A stretch of 64,000 bases of DNA from the NCBI GenBank assembly GCA_020137815.1, contig CM035353.1, positions 3,224,001 through 3,288,000 on the forward strand, given 5' to 3'. A program made the translations under genes and the position numbers. Of the stretch, positions 15,235-28,410 are shown piece after piece (within the stretch, counting starts at the first letter, position 1; the number at the start of each line of letters is the position of its first letter). Origin of the DNA: Hormiphora californensis (Eukaryota; Animalia; Ctenophora). The notes below the pieces were generated by a model, which was not told the origin of the DNA, ran no database searches, and saw only the letters and a program-made list of their open reading frames with translations.

Positions 15235-17323
15235 TTAACGGGGTGATCGGGATCTGGATCGATCGAAGTCTCGGCCGTACGATCTGCTCCTGCTACGTCC
15301 ACGAGGCTGGCCATGCGGAGATCTGGGTTCTCTGAGGGAGAATGGATATGTTAGATACTAGCCAGCCCGACATGATATATGTTCATGTGGGATCTTTTCA
15401 AGCGTTGGGTTTCACTCAGAAAAAAAGTTAGCTTTATAATGCTTCATACTTCGACAATAATTCTATACCCTCATTCAAGGTTCCTGGTATTTCCGGAGCT
15501 CTAATGCCCCTGGAATTGTGTTTTTGGACACAAAGGAATTTTTCCTGGGTCTTAGACTTCGCTAAACTGTTTTTTAGACATTTTCTAATAAGGCACGTGT
15601 GGACTAGATCGATATTAAACCCCCTCCCCCATATAGCCCCATTTACTCACCTTGCTCGAGGGTTGGTTGCTCCCTCCGGTCTGGTGTGAAGGGCCTTGCT
15701 GACCCTGATCTCTCTCCCATCTACCCTGGAGCCATCAAGTCGATCCATTGCTTCCTCTGCATCACGCCTATCAAAATACCTGGATACGGTGGAGTGAACT
15801 GCTAATAACATATGAGGAAGGAGGGGAACAGCAGCTAACAGCTCAATATAAGGTCTCGTTCAGCTATATATCTCCGACATGTTTTCTGCAAGGCCCCCAT
15901 CTGGGATATATATCTGCAATAGCTGGATAGTCTGGCCCACCAGAATAATAAATTCACACCAGCTGTGCCTCTCACTTTTGTCACCGACTTGAAATGTTCG
16001 CCAATATGACAATGTTATTGATCTCACTTTTAGACCTAAAAGCCGGGCTTTTGTCACCGACTTGATGAGACGTGAAGCTAATTTTAATGGTCTGGATTTG
16101 CCGAGTGAATTATGCATTCTAGTGCAGGAAAACCCGATATTAACTGGTCTGGAAATATCAAAACTGGTCTGGAAATATTAAAACTGGTCTGGAAAGCCAC
16201 ACTGCAGGAGGACTGTAAAATACTGGTGATTTGGAAATCACCAATCCAGTCCCAATGAGGACCATTTTACTGGATAATAGATCTCGCATGCATTAGGGAC
16301 CTTTCCATACAAGTAGTTTACTTAACAAAACATAGCCCTATTATGCAACTAAACAATAATCGCCAGTCGACCACTTATATAATATGTTCACATTTTTTAA
16401 TATATGGCTTAATGGCTAGTCATAAAGCTACCTAGCAGGAAAATGAGGCATTTCATTATGGTACACTATTGAGCAGTCAAATGATGCCCCATCCGATAGA
16501 ATGCAGTGTAATGTCCAGGAACCGACCGACACAAGTAAACAACCAATCAGAACTCGCTATTTAGGTCACGTGACTGGTTATCAGCCAATCAGGGACCAGT
16601 ATTTCCTGCTTCGGTCGGTTCTTGGTTATGTCCAAACCTGACAAAGGCAAATCCTCGGCTCTCCTGGGTCCTGAAGTTTCGAGGGATGTAAATATCCCCA
16701 ATTTCCCCGTACTTTGAGAACAGGGGCTTCAGCATGTCTGATTTTGTACGGTATGAAAGGTTATCGACCTTCAGGCTTGTCTGGGGGATAGGGTTGTTTT
16801 GGAGAGAGATTGTTAGTCTGGAAATGGTTATCTGATTGTTAGTGTCTGGAAGTGACTGCAACTGCTCGATTGAATTCTGCAATTATTCAGGCACAGCTCA
16901 CTCTACCCGGGGATCACCGGATCATGGAACTCCCTCTGGCACAACACAAACTCAATATATTACCATGTTAGATATGTCGGGTGGACCCGTTTTCTCTCCG
17001 CCTTCTCGTCTCCTCGGGGGTGACTCCCTCCTACCACCAAAGTCGCGTCGTTCATAACCTCCACTCCTAACCTCGCGGTCACCACCCCGATCTCCTCCTC
17101 CGTATCCCCGATCTCCACCATAACCGCTTCTATCTCCCCCTCCATAACCACTTCGATCTCCATAACCACCTCGATCTCCTCCACCCCCATAACCACCACC
17201 TCCTCCGTATCCACCACCTGATCTGCTCTCACTGTAACCACCCCGGTCCTCTCGAGCACCACCTCCTCCTCCATAGCCCCTGGACTCATAACGGGGCGGA
17301 CTGCGGTCGTAACGGCGGGACAT
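15235..17323 (-). CDS. SRSF2/SC35-like splicing factor, paralogue A (N-terminal Gly/Tyr/Arg-rich domain, short RS tail)
   Basis: Exons 17323-16964, 16780-16638, 15779-15651, 15331-15235, phase-compatible. [15 protein letters not shown]...[54 protein letters not shown] matches the SC35 pattern; the protein ends RSRSRSPR*. Confidence 0.9.
16516..16624 (+). mobile_element. 109-bp hAT-type MITE
   Basis: Same TIRs; near-TSD GTAATGTC / GTTATGTC. Confidence 0.85.
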
Positions 17324-18413
17324 GGTGCTACACAGAGGGGGGTTGTTTAGTTGTGTTAGTTTGAAATGTGGACAATAGGTGTGTATCGCGGTGTCTATGG
17401 AGCGTCTAGAGAGGTGAAATGAGAGGATAGAGGAGAAACAGACCGGAAAGATGTTCGCCGGAGAAAGAAGAATAGAAGGGAGAAAGAATAATATATTAGT
17501 AGAGAAAGAAGTATAGAAATCAAGTTCAAGATAACACTGTCGAGCACTTTCGCCAGCACCTCTTCACAGATCAAGTTAGTAGAGAAAGAATAAAGAAAAA
17601 TGAAAAATGTTTGCACGGGCAGGTCACAAAAAGTGGAGAAAAAGAAAAATAGAAAGGGAGAAGAAAGGGAGAAGTAAGGGAGAAATGCGGGGTCCATCAG
17701 AATGACAGCTGTATTCCAGAAACTGGAGGAGAAGACTGGAAAACGGGACTGGAACCGGGGCACACAGCTCAGATAGTAATATATCAGGGCGGGAACACAG
17801 TAATATATCGGGACGGGAACGCAGTAATATATCAGGGCGGGAACGCAGTAATATATCGGTATTCGGGAATATATGGCGGGGCAGGATACACTGCTCTCTC
17901 GAAAAGCGGGACCCGGGATACTGCACAGAACGGACAATAAACGGCACCTGGCGTGAGGAACATATGAGAAGAAGATAACAATTAAAACACTGTATTTTTT
18001 AAATTTTTTGTATTAAAAAATATATAGTTATATTATCTATTTTATAAGAGACAGCCGCGGAAAATGTGATCGATAATGTTCGTATATATTGCTCAGCCGG
18101 CTGGGGAGTAAATGACACGCTTTAAATAGGTAAATATAAATGTGCAAAGGCACACATTTGTTTGACAAAAGTGTCTTACATTTTCAGCCATTATATGTCT
18201 GTCTAAAAAGTTAGGGGGTGTGTCGTTAAAACACTGCAGCAGCACAGTGACTGAATTGTCCCTCCGATATAATAATCCTTTCTTGGTCATCTGGTCTCTC
18301 TTCGTAAACTGGGAAAGGAGAAAAGTGTTGCTAAAAACAAAGATGATTTAAAATTATATTTATACAGAAACGTTTTTCTATTCTAGGGCACACATTACTA
18401 CCAACCTTGGTGC

Positions 18414-21400
18414 CTAGTCCCGTGAGCCGGATCGTCCTCTTGACCCGGATCGACCTCTTGAAGCAGACCTGCTCTTCCTTCGGTGAGCTGGGGAGGCACT
18501 CCCACTCTTGGATCGACCCTTTGATTTACTGCGGGAATCCCGGGAGGCTCGTTTAGGGGATTTGGATTGAGAGCGAGCGTTACTTCCAGATCTGGCACGG
18601 CCCTTGGAATTACTCTTTGATCGGCTTCTACGGGCACTCTTAGATCGAGAACGGTTCTTTGATCCGCTTTTAGACCTTGACCTCTTATCCTTTGATTTTG
18701 AGCCACTCTTTGATCGAGACCGATTCTTAGATCGACTTCCGCTTTTAGATCGAGACCGATTCTTAGATCGACTTCCACTTTTAGATCTGGATCGATTCTT
18801 TGATCGACCAGCACTTTTGGACCTTGACCGATTCTTAGATCGACCAGCACTTTTGGACCTTGACCGATTCTTTGATCCGCTCTTGGACCTCCTGTCCTTA
18901 GAAGGTGATCGAGATCGGTTATCCCTCCTGAAAAGAGCAAATTGCGATTATTTTTGATAGAACACTATGTCCAAGATTTTACAAAAACAAGACCAGTATC
19001 CACTACTTACCTTGTCCTTTTCCTATCCCGTCCAGTAGACCGAGATCGGGATCGAGAGTCAGATGAGGACCGCTTAGACCTCCTTCGCCGATCACGACCG
19101 CCGGAACGAGAACGAGATCGTCTCCTGTAGCTATCTCTAAAGCTATCCCTGGATCGACCTGTACCAAATTAGTTCTGTTATTTTATTTGCTATAAATTAT
19201 AGCCTTTAATATTATTAAACCATCCACGGTGATATGCGAAGTTGAAATCTGAAAACTAAAAAAGTTGCTTACCACCACCGTAGCCTCCATATCCTCCGTG
19301 CCCACCTCCACCGTATCGGCCACCGCCTCCGCCACCGTAACGGCCACCTCCACCTCCACCACCTTGGTATCGACCAGGGGGGCGGGGATGCATCGCCTTG
19401 GAAACCCGAATATCACGGCCATCAATACTGTAACCGTCTAACCTGCGTGGTAGATATATAATAGGGTGTTACAAGTGGTGTCACAAAATTGTGAAGTGGT
19501 GTCACATGTGGTGTTACAATTGTGAAGTGGTGTCACAATTGTGAAGTGGTGTCACAATTGTGAAGTGGTGTCACAGTTGTGAAGTGGTGTCACAAGTGGT
19601 GTCACATTTGTGAAGTGGTGTCACAAGTGGTGTCACAGTTGTGAAGTGGTGTCACAATTGTGAAGTGGTGTCACAATTGTGAAGTGGTGTCACAGTTGTG
19701 AAGTGGTGTCACAAGTGGTGTCACATTTGTGAAGTGGTGTCACAAGTGGTGTCACAAAATTGTGAAGTGGTGTCACATGTGGTGTTACAATTGTGAAGTG
19801 GTGTCACAATTGTGAAGTGGTGTCACAATTGTGAAGTGGTGTCACAGTTGTGAAGTGGTGTCACAAGTTGTGTCACAATTGTGAAGTGGTGTCACAAGTT
19901 GTGTCACAATTGTGAAGTGGTTTCACAAGTGGTGTCACAATTGTGAAGTGGTGTCACAAGTGGTTTCACAAGTGGTGTCACAAGTGGTGTCACAATTGTG
20001 AAGTGGTGTCACAATTGTGAAGTGGTGTCACAAGTGGTGTCACAATTGTGAAGTGGTGTCACAAGTGGTGTCACAAGTGGTGTCACAAGTGGTGTCACAA
20101 TTGTGAAGTGGTGTCACAAGTGGTGTCACAAGTGGTGTCACAAGTGGCGTCACAATTGTGAAGTGGTGTCACAATTGTGAAGTGGTGTCACAAGTGGTGT
20201 CACAAGTGGTGTCACAAGTGGTGTCACAATTCACATGACGTGGTACATGAAATTGATAAACAATGAAAATCTGGACGTTACCTGTCCATGGCTTCCTCTG
20301 CATCACGGCGATCGTAGAATCGGACAAAGGCGAAACCTCTGCTCTCCTTGGAATACCTATCACGCGGTATGTAGATGTCCCCTGTAACAATCCCGTGTGT
20401 TAACTGTGATGTATTGGGGGGGGGGGGGGGTGTATTGCTGATGTTATCATGGACAAAAAACACAGCGAAATCGAACCTTCTTTGATTTCAGTACAGTGCA
20501 TTAAATGACATGTATGTAAAACGGGCGAGTACCTCATATAATGTATTATCACTGCGCTGGCAAGCGCAAAGGTTGCCATCCCCCCCCCCCCCCCCCAAAA
20601 GCGCTGCCAGAAACGCAGTTATACGTTTTATGGGTGTTTGGCTGAAAAAGCCGGATTTCAAAAGGCTATAGCGTGGCTCTCTTTCATCGGTTTGACTTGA
20701 AATTTGGAATGAATACCCGGCTTGGGGTCTTTGACTCATGTTAAAAATTTGAAGTCTCTATCTCATCTGGGTCCGAAGTTACAGACTGGTCCCATTTGCT
20801 ATAGATTCAGTGTAACGGACGCGCGCGCGCGCGCGTAGGAGAGACGCTTTTTTTGAACACGGTTCTGAACGAACGGAAAGAGATAGAGACTTCTCGTTTT
20901 CACTAGCTTGTAGATCTACTCAATTATTGTGTTATTAGCGGGGTGAGGTTTTCCATCATCCCCAGGAACGTCCTACAGAACGTCTTAAAGTCGTCATTTT
21001 TCAGACTCTGACCAAAATTCTTTGAGCTCAATTTACACCCTGAAGACGGATTCTAATCGAAAATCGAAGACTATATCATGGAAAGAGAATTGTCTGAACT
21101 TTCAGAAACTATATCGCGAATTTTCAAAACTAGACGTATAAGGGTCTTAAAACGCGTCTAAAGTGTTATGACTGTTTAAAAATAGATATGACGATATGGG
21201 GTTTTTCGCCATAGCGGACTCAAATCTCATCCAATTGATCTCAAACTTGGTCAGTATCTTCATCTAGGTAATCCCGATGATATGACGTCATCATTATGAC
21301 GTCATAACGACGTGACGTCATTTTATGACGTCAAAATGACGTCAAAAATGAAAATTTTGCAAATTCGCGATTCCATCATCTCCTTACCTGTTCTACTACA

Positions 21401-23473
21401 TCGAAATGGATAAAAAAATCCCAAAAATGATGCAAATTATACCAAAACTAATTGAAATTAGTAGGCCGGAAAGGTTGCCCTATGATTTGAGCTACCTTTG
21501 GCACCGGTACATTCCCTTTTGAAGACAGAAGAAGCATCGGTTATACCCTGTCTGTACCCCGTGAATGTTACGGTGGCAAAGGTAGCTCAAATCATAGGGC
21601 AACCTTTCCGGCCTACTAATTTCAATTAGTTTTGGTATAATGTTATTATACCAAAACTAATTGAAATTAGTAGGCCGGAAAGGTTGCCGTATGATTTGAG
21701 CTACCTTTGCCACCGTAACATTCACGGGGTACAGACAGGGTATAACAGATGCTTCGTCTATCTTCAAAAGGGAATGTACTGGTGCCAAAGGTAGCTCAAA
21801 TCATACGGCAACCTTTCCGGCCTACTAATTTCAATTAGTTTTGGTATAATTTGCATCATTTTTGGGATTTTTTATCCATTTACATGTAGTAGAACAGGTA
21901 CGGAGAGGATGGAATCGTGAAATTGCAAAATTTTCATTTTTGACGTCATTTTGACGTCATAAAATGACGTCACGACGTTATGACGTCATAATGATGACGT
22001 CATATCATCGGGATTACCTAGATGAAGATACTGACCAATTTTGAGATCGATTGGATGAGATTTGAGTCCGCTATGGCGAAAAAACCCATATCGTCATATC
22101 TATTTTTAAACAGTCATAACACTTTAGACGCGTTTTAAGACCCTTATACGTCTAGTTTTGAAAATTCGCGATATAGTTTCTGAAAGTTCAGACAATTCTC
22201 TTTCCATGATATAGTCTTCGTTTTTCGATTAGAATCCGTCTTTAGGGTGTAAAATGAGCTCAAAGAAGTTTGGTCAGAGTGTAAAAAATGACGACTTTAA
22301 GACGTTCTGTAGGACGTTCCTGGGGATGATAGAAAACTTCACCCCGCTAATAACACAATAATCCAGTAGATCTACAAGCTAGTGAAAACGAGAAGTCTCT
22401 ATCTCTTTCCGTTTGTTCAGAACCGTGCTCAGAAAAAGCGTCTCTCCTACGCGCGTACGCGCGTGTACGCGCGCGCGCGTGTCCGTTACACTGAATCTAT
22501 AGCAAATGGGACCGGTCTGTAACTTCGGACCCAAATGAGATAGAGACTTGAAATTTTAAACTTAAGTAAAAGACCCCAAGCCGGGTGTACATTCCAAATT
22601 ACAAGTCAATCGGATGAAAGGGGGCGACGCTATAGCCTTCTGAAATCCGGTTTTTCAGCCAAACACCCATAAAACGTATAACTGCGTTTCTGGCAGCGCT
22701 TTTTTGGGGGGGGGAATGGCAACCTTTGCGCTTGCCAGCGCAGTGACTTATACGACGTGGAGCGACCGGGAGTTAAAGGGAGGGGATAGAAAGTGAGTTA
22801 GTGAGAGCTGGAGAAAGGGAGCGTTACGAGGGAAGGGTCATTAAAAGAAGGTTATAAAATGAAAGTGAAAGTAAAATAAAGTGTTTTATCATATGAATGT
22901 CACGAAAATTGCATACATAATTTTATATATTATATATAACATTGCATGCAATTATCGTGATCAGAGTAAAGTGACAACAAGAAAAAGATAAGATGAGGGT
23001 TAAGAAAAGGTGAAAGAGAAACTAATGGCGCCCACGAACTGATCTAGCTAAATCGAGCTGCCAACTCGTTTCTGAATGCTGATCTTGTACTGATGACATA
23101 TCATCCAATTTGCCAGTGGTTTATATTTTCACTGAGAGTAAAAGAAGAGACTCCCAAGAACACTTAGCTTTCTAACGCGTTATATCAGACATGCAATAAA
23201 TACTCGATTTTATATGCCTGCATACCACTTCTCTTGTCGGCGATTAACCTCTAAATACTCAATCTGGAACATATATAATGTTGTTTTATTTGTTTGCCAT
23301 CTCTCAGATCCTTACAATAGTATCAGGTCTCCAGTGTTATATGTGTAATCATGAGAATATGACCGTTGGTGTAAGTACAGTCGGGTTTATCGGGGTCCAA
23401 ATGTAGTTATATTGACTTTATTGATGATTGTTTCATTTTTCTCACCTTTCTGTGTCTCACCTCTCTGTGTCTC

Positions 23474-23542
<69 letters not shown>

Positions 23543-24621
23543 TCTTTCTTTGTCTCTCTCTGTCTCACCTCTCTCTCTGTGTCTCACCTCTCTCTCTCTG
23601 TGTCTCACCTCTCTCTCTCTATCTGTTTCTCTCAGGACCACTCACATATTGAGGACCTTGGATGTGGGTGTCCGACATGGGCCAGAGCGAGGTGGGGTGA
23701 GGACATCAGTGCCCCATGTGAGAGCCCTGAGATGGAGACATGCGGGGAAGGGATGGTGTGTCTTAGCGCTGCTCTGGACTACAACCTCAACTGGGCTGAT
23801 GATGAACTAAATCCCGTGGTAAACCATTCAGATTTATATCAGAAACAAGTAAACAACCAATCAGAACTCGTTATTTAGGCCACGTGACTGGTTATTAGCC
23901 AATCAGGGACCAGTATTTCCTGATTCAGTCAGTTCCTGATTTATATCGCATTATATTGAAAGGGACACTTTTTTGACTATCTAACCTTAAATCATAATAA
24001 AGTATAATATATCAGAAAAGTCTTCTTCTCATTATTATTTATTTTCATCCCCCTTGTAGAACGTCGGACCGATAGTCGGGGAGTATCGTGGGTGCGTGCC
24101 AGCAGATCTCGCATGCTCGACCCTCAAAACCCAAATGGAGAACGACATGTCTTCACTTGACCAGTCTCCCTATGTTTCCATGACGACATGCAGGATGGAG
24201 ACGTGCAGTGATGGAGACGGGTGCAATGCAGTTGAGTTTGAAGAGATAGAAGAGGCTGAGGCAGATAGTGGGGCCACCGTGGGGCGGACAGTGTGGCTCA
24301 CTGTACTAGTGTTTGTAGTAAGTGTATAATCGGTAAAAAGAGAGACAAAAACGGACTATTTATCTAGATTTATTCGTGTCATTCTACCTGAAAATTATCT
24401 CCAGTTACAATATACTAACTATAATACTATCCAACTCATACATAACTGTTCCTAATAATAATATATGTGAACCTTACAAAACATGATTGCTTACCGATTT
24501 CACCGTATTTCTCAAAGAGTGGTTGGAGTTCCTCAGAGGATGTTCGGTAGGAGATGTTGTCTACCTTGAGGGATACCATTTGGCTGGTATCCTTGGGAGG
24601 GCCCGTCCGATCTCGACTCAT
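18414..24621 (-). CDS. SRSF2/SC35-like splicing factor, paralogue B (long RS/KS domain)
   Basis: Exons 24621-24495, 20381-20282, 19442-19273, 19158-19011, 18927-18414, all phase-compatible. [68 protein letters not shown], then a Gly-rich hinge and RSKS repeats. Confidence 0.92.
19466..20230. repeat. Intronic satellite of 12/19-bp units (AAGTGGTGTCAC / AATTGTG)
   Basis: ~760 bp of mixed units filling most of SRSF2-B intron 2. Confidence 0.95.
20550..22745. mobile_element. 2.2-kb fold-back element with CACTG...CAGTG termini (CMC/Chapaev-like)
   Basis: Inverted arms 20550-21640 and 21646-22745 with scattered mismatches. The centre is two ~205-bp sub-palindromes. No exact TSD (TTAT vs ACTT). 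Confidence 0.8.
21283..21344. promoter_or_regulatory. Cluster of five perfect CRE motifs (TGACGTCA), mirrored at 21941-22002
   Basis: TGACGTCA at 21283, 21297, 21313, 21326, 21337 and at 21941, 21952, 21965, 21981, 21995. Function is not shown. Confidence 0.4.
23191..24329 (+). CDS. Three-finger (Ly6/uPAR/quiver-like) probable GPI-anchored protein, nested antisense in SRSF2-B intron 1
   Basis: Exons 23308-23370, 23636-23818, 24060-24329 give SG-LQCYMC ... TCGEGMVC ... RGC ... TCSDGDGCN plus a hydrophobic C-terminal tail. A signal-peptide exon at ~23191-23239 requires a 1-nt indel and a GC donor, so the start is uncertain. Confidence 0.75.
23840..23938 (+). mobile_element. hAT-type MITE, slightly deleted copy
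   Basis: Perfect 8-bp TSD ATTTATAT on both sides; family body sequence. Confidence 0.85.
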
Positions 24622-24972
24622 CTTACTACTGGGAATATGTTGTCATCACAACAACTGGGAGAGGGGGAGGCCGAGGGGGTGGGGGTACATGGCCCTGAGC
24701 TCATTCAGGGACAGACTATTACACGCTATTAGCAAAACGGCTTGTGACAAAACATGTAAAAAACAGAAATTATCCCAATTATACACATATACGTAATAAC
24801 TATGTACACATTATAATAGGTTGTCATACACTTTATACATTCTGATAGAGCTAACTACACGTATTAATTATCAAAATAAACACTATCATAACAATCCTAT
24901 CTGCTCAGAATTCATTGTATAGATTCAGTTAATTAACCATTGTCATCTGATCCAGTAGCTCTTGATTATTGT

Positions 24973-27900
24973 TCACCCGATGCTGTTAGAAAGGCTGTTT
25001 TCTTTGTCCTCCGAGGGCACCACTACACCGGGTTCAGAGCCCTTTTTACTTAGCTTTATCTGGTCCGGGGTTTTACACGTAACTTTCAACCCGCACACCT
25101 TGACATACCTGAAAGAGGGGATGTTGGAGAGAGGGGGGATGTTGGAGAGAGGGGGGATGTGTGAGAGAGGGGGAGATGTGTGAGAGAGGGGGAGATGTGT
25201 GAAAGAGGGAGACATGTGAGAGAGAGGGAGATGTGTGAGAGAGGGAGATGTGTGAGGGGGGATGTGGGATAGAGGGAGATGTGTGAGAGGGGGAGATGTG
25301 TGAGAGAGGGGGAGATGTGTGAGAGAGAGGGAGATGTGGGAGAGAGGGGGAGATGTGAAAGAGGGAGAAATGTGAGAGGGGGAGATGCGTGAGAGAGAGG
25401 GAGATGTGTGAAAGAGGGAGAAATGTGAGAGGGGGATATGTGGGAGAGAGAGGGGGACATGTGGGGTAGAGGGAGATGTGTGAGAGAGGGAGAAATGTGT
25501 GAGAGAGGGGGATGTGGGAATCCAAAGGAGGCCGTGAATGAATGATAGGTAAAGACTGGGATGGTAAGAATTAAGGAACACTCACCTATCAACTTGTGCT
25601 ATCACCGTTTCGTTATCCAACTTGCGTGCCAGTTTCAACGCTTCACCTAAATACAATTGCATTACAATTTGTATCTAGCTAATTCATTAAACACTACCGT
25701 TGTTTTTAATTTGTATAATTCATTAAACATGCTAGTCAACTAAACCGCTTTAAAATTTCATAGTGGCAGTATTATTCATTTTCACCAAGAGCAAGTGTAC
25801 TGAGCGACTACTTACGATAGTGTTTGCAGTGTAGTGCAGTGAGGATAAGTTTAAGGGTTAATTTGCCCAACTTATCATAACCCTTCTCACTAAGACCGGC
25901 CTTCTTCACCGTTAGGATGACCTCAGCTCCAATGGCAAATACTGAATCATTAAATGGAAGCGTCACTAGAATTCCAATTAGCTGTGAAGTCTTTTCTAGG
26001 ATCTCTTCTTCTGATGTAAACCGATACAAACAGGTCCTGTGTGGGAAATCTAATCATGGATTGGCAGTCAAAGGAACTTATATTTCATGACTAGACTAAC
26101 TCAGTTGAACTGAGTCAGTTCAACATTAGGGCCCAGCTGAGTCAGTTGATATTATCGAACATACCTTATAGCTCTAGAGAAATGTTTATACTGGTGCTGG
26201 TAGAGGTAGCTGCCCAAGAGTCGATCAAATAACGAGCCTTTCTCACTAACCATCGGCAGCTTAATCCTGAAAACTGGAATTTACCTTCCGATTCCAATTG
26301 AAATTTGGGAAATTTAATAAAATTTAAAGAGAGCTTGCTAGAACGTCGGCTAGTTTCACCAACCAACAACCCACCGTGTGAAAATTAGGGGGCCTCTCTC
26401 CATAACGAGTAAAAGAAGTAGAGATTCAGTGCCCTCGCCCTCAGCACCACTTTCACTGGGAAAGCGACCGAAACTGAGAGTTGAGATACTCTTCAGTGAG
26501 TGGAATAGTCGGTTTAGATCTAGGAGGGATTCAGTTGGAAGTCCGCCAAGAGAAACAGATACTAGCTGCAAGCACTCGTCATACACCTGTATCATGGGAA
26601 ATGGGTGGTTTATGAAATAATAAACTCTATTTAGAGAAACCACCCCTTTTCCATTTCTTTCCATTTCTTTACTTTTACGTTACGATTGCGACAAGGAAGC
26701 AGTTTGTTATGTTCTAACCCTCCTTTACATTTGTAAAGTATGGGTAGCTCAAAATCACATAACAACCTGTATGAATCCACTTTTTAATACAGCACAGAAT
26801 ATTGTATCTGTTGGATCCCAGTAGATCTGAGTCAAGGCGTGCCGGGGCATAGTGTCAGTTGAGAAATTGCGGTTCAGTTGATCACAGTGAAGAATCAACT
26901 TGCCACTTTCCAGCGCTAGCACCAACTTGTTTGCGACATTATTAAACCGGGCATAGAGCACTTCAGTTTTGACATTGGTTATTCTTCTCCGTACCACTTC
27001 GTTCAATCTTTTCTTACTCCCTGGATAAGAAAACTTACTTAAAATAACTCAAAAATATATTTCAATTGTTGATACAGTGCTAGGTGAATCAATCACAATG
27101 ACAGTAACTAAAACACCCCTGCAACTACAGAAATCGTGTGTTATAACCAGGAACAGACCGAAACAAGTAAACAACCAATTAGAACTCGTTATTTAGGTCA
27201 CGTGACTGGTTATCAGCCAATCAGAGACCAGTATTTCCTGATTCGGTCGGTTCCTGGTTATAACACTAATTTATACCTTTTCCAATGAGTTCATATTTGA
27301 TTGTTATTGCATGTTGTGATGTGCTGTTTCCAGATGGTTTCAGTTGACATGTTACCACCATGTTTGGAGTACGGGGAGAGAACGCCACAGCACACAACCT
27401 ATAGGGGGTGTGCAGCTGACATAGCTCCTTCATCCCTGGACCAATGGGTGAGAGGAGCTTGATGTGACCCTCTGCAGGTCCACAGGAGCAACTGAAAATA
27501 ATGGTGGTAAGTTGTGAGATTGTACAGTAAATGTAAACAAGAAGTTTTTCGTGCAAATGCAATGATCAGAACATGAAACAAAATGTATGTGAATTTAAAT
27601 TCGGAATATATAATAACTCACAGTGTTATTGTGCACATCTAGATGAGTCACGTAGCAAAACTCAGATTCTAACGGCAGTATCTTTGTTTGCAGGTTCTTT
27701 GTAAAGAGATCCGGGGAATGGGAGTTAGTTGCAAGACACACTTTCCGGAAGCAAAGAAGGACCATGAAGGAGGGCGTGACGAACCCTGAAAGAAGTAGAT
27801 CTACACACCGTTAGAACACTTCACTACATTTTGCAGGGGGCGTTTTAATTGGGTTTCCCACTCATATTTTGTTCTCAATTAGTACCATCAAATGCAAGTT

Positions 27901-28410
27901 GACCGTATAGGATTTTAGCCAAACTTCGTACAATCGATACGTTCACTATTTTCACTCCCTCTATTTCCACAAATATTATCGTTCCCTCATTTAAGACTAA
28001 CTGAAAGGATGAGAGGTGAAATCACGCAGCACACAGTCCCCACACAGTTGTGGTGAGCCGTGAGATAGCGAACTCGTCCAACTTACCTGAACAACTGACT
28101 CTGATAAGGCAGTGACTTTGACAACAGTGTACTTTTCTAGTAGTCCTTCAACTTCATCAAAATCCGATTTAACTTTTCGATCCGCTAGATAATAGTCCAA
28201 ACCAGCGCCTGCAGAAAATAACTTCTATTAGTCCTGCCGTGTGCTTGCAACTCTGTTGTTATTTGCTGTTGCGCTATTAATTAGAATAATAAACAAATCG
28301 AATGGGTATGACTTACTATTGTATCCTTCCGAGAGCTTCTGTACATGATGCTGAGGTTGATCAAGGTTTGAAGCAGCGCTGAAGTGGTGAATCAGATTCT
28401 TTTCAACGGC
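24973..28410 (-). CDS. WDPCP: WD repeat-containing planar cell polarity effector Fritz homologue (ciliogenesis, CPLANE), ~10 exons
   Basis: Exons include 28208-28087, 27020-26767, 26586-26375, 26266-~26165 and 25108-24973. Segments NKLVLALESGKLILH, GFIQVYDECLQ, LLLLVMERGPLIF and LILTALHCKHYREALKLA recall the Frtz domain. Start codon not resolved. Confidence 0.75.
25112..25520 (-). repeat. Intronic ~18-20-bp minisatellite (CTCTCTCACACATCTCCC on the sense strand)
   Basis: Abuts the acceptor (25110-25109) of the last WDPCP exon. Confidence 0.9.
27148..27256 (+). mobile_element. 109-bp hAT-type MITE
   Basis: Perfect 8-bp TSD GTTATAAC; CAG...CTG termini. Confidence 0.9.
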
